Source: Phoronis australis (Eukaryota; Animalia; Phoronida). Taken from it: a DNA stretch of 64,000 nucleotides. A program made the translations under genes and the position numbers. The stretch spans positions 1,767,023-1,831,022 of the forward strand of contig NMRA01000002.1 of NCBI GenBank assembly GCA_002633005.1, written 5' to 3'. Under the pieces are notes generated by a model. It searched no databases and was not told the DNA's origin. It was given only the letters and a program-made list of their open reading frames with translations. This document shows positions 13,001-24,602 of the stretch, piece after piece (the first letter of the stretch is position 1; each line of letters begins with the position of its first letter).

Positions 13001-16000
13001 GGTCAAGTCTTCTCTGATTGGTTCATGATATATGTTTTCAGCCGCGCTTTGCCAATCGACAGAGCCCGACATCGCGAACCCGGACAGCCCCTTTGCATGG
13101 AGCAATATTACCGCCTTTTCTCCTCTTATCGCGTACCTGGCGTGAAAAAAGACTCACTGGTGACGTCAATACAAAGTAATGTGGCACACGACCCAGAGCA
13201 TGTGATAGTTATTTGTAAAAACCAGGTAAGATGGAGGCTGGTGACGTCTTTACAAAGTAATGTGGCTCACGACCCAGAGCATGTGGTTGTTATTTGTAAA
13301 AACCAGATGGAGGCGGCGTGATGTGGAGTAAAGGTGCTTCACACTTCTGGCGAAGGGAATTGTGTTGATGGGACAATGAATAGGCTACTTTAAATCATTG
13401 ATGATTTCTCCGGTGTGCATTAGATATTAGTACATAAGTGAGAAAAATGAATTCTATTGTAAGGAAAACCATAAGAGTTTGAAAAGAGCGTTTCATGATT
13501 TATAGTACACGTACGAAACAGATGTTAAAATAATGAAAAAGGCCCGTGTCGGTAATATATATTAAAACGTCTAAACGTTCCGGGCGTCTCCGCCAGTGGT
13601 CAGAATTACCTATCTTCAACTTCTTTAAAACATCTGGCAAAGGGTGATGATTCCCGGAGATCGAGTTAGGAGATTATTATAATATCAGTATTTTCTTCAC
13701 GCTGGCTTATAACTACACTACCATTAATGCAGATAGTCTTTCTATGCCATTGCCGACTATTGTTTCAGATGTTTGTTCTGGACGTTGTCGTCAACTTCCA
13801 AAGACTTAGTGAAGACAACATAGCTATGCAGTTACGACGTATTATGAGAGCAGCTGAGACAGGCGACAGTGAAGTGAATCCCGTAGGGATACTGACGGCA
13901 CTGCCGCGTGACCACTGGGCGCGTGCAAGGATGACACTAATGGAAAGTGAGTATTATAGCCTCGTTCCGGCCTGCAGCGCGCAGTCGGCATCGTGTAAGA
14001 CAAAAACCCATTCAAGTTCCTGACTCTATTGACTTCCTTATTTAAAAACGACGTCTTTTCTTAAGTTTTACTGTCACACTGTTCATCATAAACTACTAAT
14101 TGCACTCTCGTCGACGTCTCTTTGATATAAAAATGTTGAAGTCTACTATTTAATGCATTTCAGACGGTATTAAAGAATGCTTTTTAAATCGGCATTTCGA
14201 AAATCGAATTAAGCTTTTACTCTCATAAAATCGGACTCATAGAACTGGTTACTGTGATAGGATTCTATTTGTAGCGACATGTTTCGGCGGTAAAACATCC
14301 GCCATTGTCAAGCTTTATTCAGAGAATGGATGCCAGGATGGCTACGGGTACAATACACAGAAAATTCCAAAACACGCAAAAATACCAGAACAGGATTAGC
14401 AAGTAATCAGCGAATCACAACTCAGTGCAACAATGTCAACGACTCATGAGAAACCTGTGCATTGATAGAGGGCGTTTCCGAACACTGGGTTTGAATGGCT
14501 TCATGCAGTTAGTACCTCTGTCACTGGCAACAATCTTAAAGCTGTGTTCCCCAGCGGCCTCTCTACAAGCAGCTTAAAACTGCGAAATCGAAAATGCACT
14601 CTAAAAAGTGTAACATGGCTTGTGCACAACCAAATTTACGTCAATGGCTCACATAAAATGCGTCGTGCGCACGATCGTCATATCCGCGACCCGACGTATG
14701 TACCTGTATGACCTTTGATAAAACGGGTTGTTCATATAAAGTACAGAGATACCCTTTCGTTTGGTCACGTGACACTCGTTCATGTTCGGGTGAACGACCA
14801 AATCCACAAAGCACAAGTTGAATTGGGAAACTCAGTGCTTGTTTTGCGCTCTGCACGATAATGGCATTGTCCTGTCATCACCTGAGGGTCCACGTGATCA
14901 GATGCAGTGATTATTTCCCATTTCGTCGTCACCATGTCAACCAATTCATAAGCTCTAGCGTAATTTCGTACCACAACTGCTGTTTCCAGATTCGACAAAT
15001 CGTGATAATTTGGACATGATCGAGCGGTGTATATTTGTCCTGTGTCTCGACAAAGCCGTGCCCCTAGCCTTCAATCACCAACAGAGTGTGGACGAAACGT
15101 CGCACGCTCTCCGTGACGACACTTCACTGCTGATGCAGATGGTACATGGACTGGGCACTACGCAAAACAGCTGTAACCGATGGTTCGACAAGACCATGCA
15201 GGTGAGCGTCATGTTTCGCGTACAGACAGGAGTACGTTCAATAAGACCAGTGACCAAGCAGGACATTGTCGACAAGTCTGTGTGTTTAGACAAATGTCTA
15301 CAAAACTTAAGACTTTATCTCATTTAAAGTATATAATTATCTGAAAGTAGAAGGTCTGCAGAATTTAATTTTGATTTATACCAATCTGTCATGTATTTTT
15401 CGTAGAATTTATCAAAAAGAAATGCATACTCATAGCAAAACAAGATTATTAATAATGTGACAAAATTATGTTCAATGTAGATGTTAGAGACGCAATCTGA
15501 AAAACGCTGTTTCAGTTTTTTTAATTGTCATTTCGTTTTCGTTGTATGCTTCTTTGAAAAATTTTCATGAAAATCGTAAAGTCATTTTGAAAAAAATCAC
15601 AGAAGCGTTTTGGAGAACAGTACACATAAAGCAAAGTGTCTGAAAGTTTCATATGATTTCTTTCACCTATTTTTAAGAAATGATGTTCTGCCGAAGTTCG
15701 CCAAATTTCGACATTCTTCTAGGGTTCTAAGTAACCTTAAAGCACAGTTAGGAAACATATATCTCCATGGAAATTCGTCAAACAAAACGTAATTAGCCAA
15801 TGCCTTGTAGCTGGAGGTCAAAGGTCAATGCAAGCACTTCAAGAACAGAAAAACTTTTTCATATCCTACCTAAGCGTTTCATGATAAAAACTGAGTGTGA
15901 GTCCGCTATTATCTCTCTGTTGTAGTTTATTATCGGCGAAGATGGTGCAGTTGGTCTCAACTACGAACATTCCCCTTCTGAAGGTATTGCCGTTGTGCAA

Positions 16001-19000
16001 CTTATAGAGCACGTGTTACAATACATGTAAGTAACTTACAATTATTTGTGATTTTCAAACGCTGTCTATGCATGATACCATGCTGAGGTATGGTACCAAT
16101 GGTACACAAAACTGGTTTTACAGTGAAACAGCCGAGGTCACGCGACACGTGCTGGTCGCACGCTCTTTGTCAATGGGCACTTTCTTCAACAAGATACCCA
16201 ACTTTGACCGAAACTCTGTCGAGATGAATTGTCACAACAGTCTCTTTTTTGAAGGAAATGTTGTGTGACGATTTGTCAAACTTCATTAGTGTTAATCGTG
16301 AACGTACTTCAGGAGAGTTGTAAATTGGTCGTCAGTAAAGCCAGGGAGCAGGTTAATGCAAATGACTTAAGGCAGAAATTTGATCTTACGCTCGCACTTC
16401 AAAATTGCCGAGAAGGATTAAGCTAACTGTCAGCTTATCAAAGTCTAGAAATAATTTATAAAAAAATTCTAAACATGACTAGCAGTTGTACGTATATTCA
16501 CACGGACTTTTCGTTTTTTCTCATGTGAGATTTATTTATTTTTCAGAAATATTTGTGTGGAGCGTAAGACCAAATTTCAGTCTTATGAAACAGACACCAG
16601 GGCCCGGTCTCTAATCTTTGTACTCGAAACGAACTCGAAACTATTTTTGGCAATTTCTCTGCTCCTTTTGTGCGAACTTAAGATAATTGGTTATGAGACT
16701 GTGCTCGAATACATTATAGTTTATGCGTAGGAGTTTCTAGTTCAAGTTTTCCCTTGAAGACCCTTATATTCGTGCTACAAACTCGAGTAAAAACTCAAAA
16801 TTTCGAGTTCAAGCTCGAACTTATTGCTTCAATATTGGGTTTACAAACTGTGAACTAAGGGCAATAAATTATCTACATAAGTTATTATGTACTCGAGCAT
16901 AGAATAATAGACACTTATTTTGAGTTCGCCCAAAAGTAGAGTTGAAAATGCCAAACCTAATTTCGAGTTCCATTTCGAGTAAAAAGATTGGAGACCGGGC
17001 CCAGATGGCGTTTTTACAATTTAAATGTTTGCTGCGGGCTATACAAGATTTTGAATTAAGAAAATTGTTCATTATGATAGAGAACCAACGGTCGAATTTC
17101 ATAGTTACGATAACTGATCTTCGGCCTATTAGCTATAAAAGAAAAATAGAAATAAATTAAACACACAAATTCTTCACATTTTCAGAGAAGAGCTTCGGGC
17201 ACGCAAGCTGTGCAGGCTACAGTCCATCTGTGAACTTTCACCCCCACGGAGACTAAGGTGGATACTGTCCAACGAAACACTGAACGACATTCAAACAGCA
17301 AAACTACAGATGGATAGGTAACACTGTAACAACAGGTGTTAGAATTAGTGGGTCAAGATGCATAGTGCAAACATAATGCATGTCGAACATTGGATACACT
17401 CTGCCAGGTCAGCCGGCTCAGACATCTGATTGGTTATCGATGACGATTTCCGCCTCACAAACTTATCCGATGTCTTAGCCTGTTGACCCCGAGGAACGGG
17501 CTTAGTGATTCAAGTGTAACCATTGCCTTTCATGTTGTTTTAGTAGAACCTTTTGTTAGAGTTAATCATCGTCAATATTTGTGTGGTAGTGCAAATAAAA
17601 ATGACAGCTGAGAATAAAGTGCATTTAAACAAATTTGTCAATCATAGTTTCGTGTTTTTTCCCATGAATCTGCACCAGCGTATCAGACTTACTCATATGC
17701 TTTAGTCACATTTTAACGTTAAGAAACATACATAGTATAACGTTGTATTTTCAGGACTATATCAGGGCTGGATATGTTCATACTTCACTTCGGGAAATTT
17801 GGCAAAGAGTTTCCTAAGTCTCAAAACATGAGCCCGGACTCCTTCATACAACTTGCTCTCCAGTTGACATATTACAAGTGAGTACCACGTCCACCATAAC
17901 TTGTATAGACTATAATATATACGATGTTCCAAATCATTGCTGAGTAAAGTACGAAGTTAACAGTCATCGCTTTGACATGAAATTCTCCCAAAACAAGAAA
18001 ATATGAATGACTTTTTAATAGTGTTTTGGAATTTTGATTACCGTGAAATCATATTTAAAAAGGACAATAAGAAACTTGCCGAATATTAAAAACACCTAAA
18101 ATGGAAGACATTTACTTAACAAATGAAATCGAACTTCTAACACATTTCTAGCATTCCGCTACGTCTACGACAATTCTATTTATAACAGAAGGTTGTCATC
18201 ACTAATGATGAAAATTCAAGAAAAAACGTTGCTTGTAATTTTTTATTATCTTTATGGCAAAAATATGAAGTCTGGTCGAATCCAAACAAGGCAAAAATGT
18301 CAAAAATACAGTCTCGATAATATGCCATCTTCAGTGCTGCAATACAGATTCGGTTATCACATTTTACCAACAGCGAAAGTTGTGCTTAGAGGCCAACGTT
18401 AGACTTGCAGTTTTGCTTGATAGCTGTTCTGTAACTCTTGGAAATATTTCTTAATTGACCAACGAATGTAATTACCAGTGGTATTTCACATTGATTTACA
18501 TAGAGCAGCGTTGAAATAACTCTTTCATTAACAGTGTCTTCATAATTTAGTACTTTAACATAACACCAAAATCTCATTACGCTACACAAATCCTTATAGA
18601 GTTCACCACACACTTGTGTCTACGTATGAAAGTGCATCAGTCCGACGATTCAGGAAGGGTCGAGTGGATAATATCCGAGCCGCGTCAGTGTACGCCCTGG
18701 ACTGGGTGAAGGCGATGACCGGTGAAACAGAGACAACGGTAAGTCTTTGATGGTCAGGTGACGACAGTATGATTCACAAACACTACTGAGTTCGTTCAAG
18801 CAAGCGAAAGGTATTTTTCATACTGCATGTTTTTTGTCAACTCATTTTCTTTGCATTCATATCTCGACCAAGTTATGAAAAACTAATACAGTGTGAATGA
18901 TTCAGTACAGCAGACAAGTTATTATGAAATTCCAGGATGGCCCTAGACCTGTATTTTAATTTGTAGATCTTCTAAACCTTTTACGCATAAAGTTGTAATT

Positions 19001-22000
19001 TAGTCCACATACCTAGATGGTACATAAATTTCTATTTTAATTACCTACGATGCCTCGGCCCCACAAGAGGTGAAATTGCAAAACCCGAAATTTCTTAAAA
19101 ATATTTCTCTTCCGGAATTTTTGTACGAGAAACACAGAATGCAATTTTAGGGCTGAAGATTGAGCGTTTTATATGCTAACTGGAAAGGTGGTTCGCCCTC
19201 GAAGCTAGTTGAAGAAACATCAGGCCTAAATTAAAATCAAAATTCAGGCCGTCAATAACTTTTGATTTAGGACACTTACCGCTGCAAGTTTGGTCTGAAT
19301 TTGTTTTCACACTGATTAGAGACGAGTCCTAGGCTTGGAAAAAAATGATAGGTTCGATAACTCCCTGTCATTTTATGCGCCGATCATAATCTCAAGACAA
19401 CCGAACTGCCAATTGTATAGCTCCCAAACCATTCTTCATCTGAATAAGTAACAAGTCGAGATCAATCTTATAGCGAAAAGTGGTTTAAATCAAAAAAATA
19501 GTTTTTGGTGGCCAAAGGCGGTTTTATACCTTCTTTGCGTGTTTGTTTCCTCTAGCGCGATAGACTAATAACAATAGACATATGATTTTATGTCTGAAAA
19601 AATCAAGATGGAATTAAGATATACTTGTTGAAGCAAATCGAAGCACGCTGGAAAATGAAAAACGGAAATATGAAATATCTTAGCAATCGCCCTCCCCATT
19701 TCAGGGCGAGGTAAAACACTAAAACAATATTTTAAGGGCGGTCCCACCTAGGATGAGATAATTCTTGGACAAGTATCTTGTACTAATGCTATGCGATGAT
19801 GGTGCTTATAGTAATGATTATGATAATGATGACCTGGGCAACGACAAGGACAATGTTGCAAACATTTTGTCCCGTCAGCACGCCATCTTTTGGCCACATC
19901 ACGTGACCCAATGAATATGTCTGAAAAGATTTCTGCCCCCGACCGGGACTCGACGCCAGGATCTTCTGCTAACCGTGCAGAAGGTCCTGCAGTTCGAGTC
20001 AGACTTATATTCATTAGGTCACGTGATGTGGCCGCCAAAAGATGGCGAGCTGACTGGACAAAATGTTTGCAACATATTTTCCATGCTGTATTGATATTGA
20101 CGTATTAATATAAAGGACAATGCTGTTGAAATACATGACTTGGTTGTTAACAGGACGAAGACAAGGTCAAACTTTTACGGCGGGCGATGGCGCATCAAAC
20201 AGATATCATGGTGGAGGTACGACACGATGTTTTGCTTTACCTTATTCAAGGTCACACAACTTGATGCATGAGCAGTAGTCAAAGCACCCCTATAAGAGAA
20301 AACGGTTATATTGCAAATTTCTAATCTTGTTAAAATTGCACAAGACGCATGTTTAGAGTGTACTTTTAAGCGCAAATTAAAAATAGAATTGGTATTGCCA
20401 GCGTCAGCACTTTTTCCAGTTGATTATAGTTTTATTAAAGAAATTGGAAGACTGACATGTTTCTTTATTTGCAGACAATAATGGGCCACGGTATGGACGC
20501 CCACTTATTGGGACTGAAACAAATTGCACTTGAGTTGGACCATCCAATCCCAGATCTCTTCAGCGATAACGCATATGAAATTGCCAACACGTTCACTTTA
20601 TCAACCAGCCAAGTAAGTCGTTTGAATGATCTAATTCAAACAATTCGCGCTTTAGCGCTATGCGTTGAGCAAATTACTTTTCAAGCTTGTTCGCCCAGCA
20701 CTAGTGTGAAACCTCTTAAACTGATTGAACCTATGTTTTTGTGGTACTTCAGTCTACGAAAAATTCAAAAGTTTGTCAGGTTTGAATTAATAGAATACTA
20801 TGGTAAACTGAAAGAATATTCACCACAAATACAAACACAGTGTTCAAGTTTAGAGTCATTTCACGTAAATAACCTTAGTGTATTAACCTTATTAAACAAT
20901 GTTAAAAAAGTTCGCACGTTGCAGCCGTTATAGATGCTTTGAAGCTAAGGATGTCGACGTATGGTTGGAATTAAACCAAAATGTTCAGGGGCTCTTGTTG
21001 CTATGTTGGGGAACTCGTTGAGTTTTACTGGTTATTACAATTTTCTGCACCATGTTGCAGTAGACATGCATTGACATTTGGCACTCGCAACATCTAGAAT
21101 AGTAACATGATGCACAGTCGGAGCAGAGTAAACATAAAAACTTGTAACTACGAAGCAGGAATGACAATCAACTTCCCGCCTTAATCTCAAAACAATTACA
21201 CAAACGCGAGTTCAGGGTACACAGATTCAAAGCCACTAACATGCAAATTACTAATCAGAGCGGCAACGCTCGCGACGACTCAATATCTAGGACTCCATTA
21301 CTCCTAGCCATTGTAGACCATACTACGCGCCATTCAAATCAGAAGGCTGTCATCTTAAGCTGCCTTTCAGTGATTACCCCGACTTGCCTCCGTTAATTGA
21401 GGTGCCGAAAAATTCAGCCTCCCGTTCAATAACGCTAAGACCTCGCCACCACTTTGGCTAGATTTTAGCTAGGTCTCCTAACGTATGTCCTAGCTTTACT
21501 GATCGCACACCAGGCTTGAGTTCAGTAGCGCTTGGACCTACTCTAGGACCTAGCTACAATCTAGCCAAAGTCATGTGTTTTCATTTAAAAAAATCGCAAT
21601 ATCTCACGTAATCTCCCGAAGTCTTACTTTATTTTAGCAAGGTCCTAGTATTACTGAACAGGAAGCAGATATCCGAATGTTGTTCAGCACTTGCGAAAAG
21701 GGAAATAACTCTACAGCAGGGGGAGAATTGATTAGTCAAATGTATACAGTGCAAACATTTCAAACGAGTCAATAGATGTCCTACCTTTACAACTCGACTG
21801 ATGCTTCTCTCTGAAGTATTTTTATTTCATTCGTAGGTGAACACGTCCATGGATTCCTTCATGGGCTACGGACCGGTGACACCGAAAGGTTACGGAGCTT
21901 CCTACAACCCTAAACCCGACCACATAGTATTTTGTATCTCATCTTTTAATGAATGTGGCGAGACTCAGTCGGACTTCTTCGCTTTCACGCTAGAGGGCAG

Positions 22001-22190
22001 TCTAATGCAGATGTACGAACTATGCTTGAAGACGCAGAAACCCGCGGGAGTCACTAAGCTCGCCAACGGTGCTGTGAATGGAACTATTTCGCCTAAAACA
22101 AGATCGCAACGCGGAGAAAGAGGGGGAAGTCTTGTAAGACAGAAGACACAGCACACGGAGACACTTAATCAAAATAATAACAACGTATGA
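9946..22190 (+). CDS. ChAT: Choline O-acetyltransferase, 14 coding exons, about 702 aa
   Basis: Exons 9946-10062, 11497-11691, 12232-12350, 12781-12834, 13042-13225, 13769-13946, 14990-15201, 15926-16026, 17186-17317, 17755-17877, 18600-18738, 20154-20216, 20475-20612, 21837-22190 join via GT-AG introns in continuous frame (2109 nt). Family motifs: [28 protein letters not shown], catalytic [40 protein letters not shown]. The GRVDNIR motif (VDN rather than the TET/TDT of carnitine acyltransferases) supports ChAT. The first exon is the least certain. Confidence 0.93.
11497..11691 (+). CDS. ChAT: ChAT exon (KPLPKLPVP...VDNW)
   Basis: cttcag acceptor, LPKLPVP signature, gtaagt donor. Confidence 0.95.
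12232..12350 (+). CDS. ChAT: ChAT exon ([11 protein letters not shown]...PVNSNPG)
   Basis: ttcttag acceptor, conserved motif, gtaaaa donor. Confidence 0.95.
12781..12834 (+). CDS. ChAT: ChAT exon ([17 protein letters not shown])
   Basis: ttgtag acceptor, gtaagt donor, phases 2/2 fit the neighbouring exons. Confidence 0.92.
13042..13225 (+). CDS. ChAT: ChAT exon ([19 protein letters not shown]...CKNQ)
   Basis: ttttcag acceptor, conserved PLCMxQY motif, gtaag donor. Confidence 0.95.
13157..13313 (+). repeat. Tandem duplication of the 3' end of a ChAT exon
   Basis: Unit 1 spans 13157-13237. Unit 2 spans 13238-13313 and lacks the GTAAG donor. Confidence 0.9.
13769..13946 (+). CDS. ChAT: ChAT exon (MFVLDV...[16 protein letters not shown])
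   Basis: gtttcag acceptor, gtgagt donor. Confidence 0.95.
14270..14600 (-). mobile_element. Penelope-like 3' end relic with hammerhead-like motif (ChAT intron)
   Basis: Minus strand 14313-14275 reads GCTTGACAATGGCGG-loop-CCGCCGAAACATGTCG, a stem followed by GAAA. The extent beyond this motif is approximate. Confidence 0.45.
14990..15201 (+). CDS. ChAT: ChAT exon ([11 protein letters not shown]...NRWFDKTMQ)
   Basis: tttccag acceptor, NRWFDK motif, gtgagc donor. Confidence 0.95.
15926..16026 (+). CDS. ChAT: ChAT exon carrying the catalytic His ([11 protein letters not shown])
   Basis: ttgtag acceptor, EHS..EG active-site motif, gtaagt donor. Confidence 0.95.
16601..17000. mobile_element. MITE with long TIRs and CAG TSD
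   Basis: ggcccggtctctaatctttgtactcgaaa... is inverted at the right end; cag flanks both sides (16598-16600 and 17001-17003). Confidence 0.75.
17186..17317 (+). CDS. ChAT: ChAT exon (EELRARK...PRRLRW)
   Basis: ttttcag acceptor, PxRLxW motif, gtaac donor. Confidence 0.92.
17755..17877 (+). CDS. ChAT: ChAT exon ([26 protein letters not shown])
   Basis: ttttcag acceptor, CoA-binding region motif, gtgagt donor. Confidence 0.95.
18600..18738 (+). CDS. ChAT: ChAT exon ([20 protein letters not shown])
   Basis: cttatag acceptor, YESAS and VDN motifs, gtaagt donor. Confidence 0.95.
19854..20074. repeat. Inverted repeat (about 70-bp arms) enclosing a tRNA-like core
   Basis: tgttgcaaacattttgtcc...gtctga is inverted at about 19999-20074. 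The minus-strand core has the stem tctgc..gcaga and a degenerate B-box-like gtcgagtcccgg. Confidence 0.6.
20154..20216 (+). CDS. ChAT: ChAT exon ([21 protein letters not shown])
   Basis: taacag acceptor, gtacga donor, phase 0/0. Confidence 0.88.
20475..20612 (+). CDS. ChAT: ChAT exon ([11 protein letters not shown]...FTLSTSQ)
   Basis: tttgcag acceptor, GxGxDxHL and LSTS motifs, gtaagt donor. Confidence 0.95.
21417..21667. mobile_element. MITE (ctaggacc family)
   Basis: Imperfect TIRs gcctcccgttcaataacgctaagacc/ggtcctagtattactgaacaggaagc. A homologous copy lies at about 58178-58330. Confidence 0.6.
21837..22190 (+). CDS. ChAT: ChAT last coding exon ([15 protein letters not shown]... stop)
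   Basis: ttcgtag acceptor, YGPV..GYG.xYN motif, TGA ending at 22190. Confidence 0.95.
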   Translation: MNTSMDSFMGYGPVTPKGYGASYNPKPDHIVFCISSFNECGETQSDFFAFTLEGSLMQMYELCLKTQKPAGVTKLANGAVNGTISPKTRSQRGERGGSLVRQKTQHTETLNQNNNNV

Positions 22191-23342
22191 CAATGGAGAA
22201 ATTATTTTACGTTTATTGGGGAGGCAAGAGTTGAAGACATCACGTGATACTGTGGTTAGGAAACATTGGACACTACAGGGCGAGTTTGGCAGCAATCCGC
22301 CATTTTCTTGCTCCTCTTAAGTGACTTGGCAACCAGCTTGACAACAACCTAACCACTCCACGGCCTTGACTTTTGCAAACACAAGATGGCCTACAACACG
22401 ATCGTCTAAACAGCGTTCGGATTTCAAGTGTATACATCCTTAGGTCACGTGACATGTCCAGAGCTTAATTGTAGAAAATGTTTAGGATTTAAGTAGGCTG
22501 AAAATCTAAATGAAGACAACACCAATTAACGTTAGTCAGTTCCCGTCAAATTCCTTATCACGGTTACGTTTATTGGTAACTGTTAATTTGTGCTTGTGTG
22601 TTTATTTGCGAAACGTTTTAGTTTCAAACTATACAGAATGTTAGATATCTTATATTTATGGAATTGAGAGTGGTTCATTACCAAAATACAACCCACAAAT
22701 CTATTATGTCTAAAAGCCTTGATGATCACAAAAAGGACTGTGTGCAAAAAAATGAATGCCCAACAGTTTTGCAGTCACAACAGTGTCTGTTGACCTCTCG
22801 TACAAGATATTGGCATAGCAAGGACGCCTACTGAAATGGTAATTTTGCATAAAACTTCCGAGGCTGGATTCTGTTGTGAACAAAACAATGCCTCAGTGAA
22901 CCCCGAGTTCGTCATAAGTGAAGATTTCAACAGGCCATTTTAAAATTTCTTCAGTTTGACGTCTAACATGCAGCCCAGTCATTAATTTTATGCACGTCTG
23001 TGTACGTTTTCGTGATCAGGCAAAAACTGAAAAATATGTGATTTCGTGTGCTGTTAATTGGTATTAAATAAGTGTTTGAAAAGTCATGACCCAGTTGAGA
23101 ATGAAGGTATGCAAGCACATCCAGCATCTAATATGTGAGCAACGCATTCCCTGGTCCAAGTTTATTGCATTGTCAATGCTGTGTTTGGTTTAAAATCCTT
23201 TTGTCTTTTGATCTGTGATAGTGATGTACCCGAGTTGACTGGTGGTTGTCTTATTTTGTTAGAACAATCTTTTCAGTCCTGTGTTATCAGGTTAGCGCGA
23301 ACTGTCATGCTCAGTAGGCGTATATGTACATTCGCGGTTTAA

Positions 23343-23348
23343 AATAAA
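23343..23348 (+). terminator. Candidate ChAT polyadenylation signal AATAAA
   Basis: AATAAA about 1.15 kb after the stop codon; an ATTAAA near 23063 is an alternative. Confidence 0.35.
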
Positions 23349-24602
23349 GTGGTACTGTAAAATGACTGATGACGTCACAGCATTTAGCCTCATATCGCTA
23401 GTGTTGACAGTTTTAGTTTTATGATTTCCGAAAATTATCACTCCAGTCCCCTGGAACAGTTAGCATCACGATTTGGCTACATGCAGTTTGATTGGGTTCA
23501 CCCGGATCATCTGGCTAAGGCAGCCGATTGGTTCGCGACGAGAAATTCTGGCTTACAAACCAACCAGGTGTGCGTTCCGTAGACGCCAGAAACTGTCGAA
23601 AACGCAAGATTTCGCGAGATATCGCCCTGTATTACAAGTGAAACACGTGATCACACTGGCTCGCTCACTTCGTGGGATTCTTGCGTCTGCGAAACTTAGC
23701 CCAGATGTCTTGGCCGGTCGACCGCGTGCTGCCGGACCCGGCAGAGTGAACCTAATGCATCCTCTTTATATTCAACATAAATATTTCTAATATCAAATTC
23801 ACCATTCACGAGGATTTGAAAAAACAGCGTTGTGGGAAGGCGAGAACATTTCCCATAATTGGTATTACCACGGAGACTGAGTTGGTCTGAAGTTACTAAA
23901 TAGCAACGCATACCACACTCACGAATTCAATATCCTAGTCCCCAAAACGAGAAAATAGTAAACGATTCTCAGGTAATGCAGCTGGGGCCAGTTCCAAAAA
24001 AACTGACTTAGCTACGAAAAATCTTAAACTTAAGTCAATTCACTTAAGATATAACTTAATTTTTTCTTTAGTCCGTTCAAAGAAAATGGTATTAAGTTTG
24101 CCTTTTGTCTTAAATGGAGGTGGAAATTCGAGATTTTTAAGTGAGATCACCAGATAACTATTACTAACGTGATTTTTTTTCACTGACTTGGCTTCATGAA
24201 TCTGTTTCTTCATTTCGTCCGCGTATGGGTGATTTCCTTCCACAACCTTTCGGCCCGAGTACTCGGCTATGGCAAAGATATGATGACAAACTTCCAGACA
24301 TTATTTGTTTTGGTCACGTTCTGTATCCGTGATCATTAAAGCTATTGTAATGAACCCACCTTCCATTAGCAAAACCAGCATTTGATGTCGATCACTTACC
24401 GTTGTGAAATTGGTCTCAAATTGTTCGTTAGACAAATTTCTTCGAAAGAACTGATAGTCCTTATTGCTTGCGACCAGGACAACAAGTTGGCTTGTTACGG
24501 CGGAGAGATACGTATACGTCGAGCTTGGTTTCAAGACGACGGAATTATTAGTTCTAGTCTTAACAAGCTCAGAAATCAATCCTCGTTGAGTAAGAGATAC
24601 GA

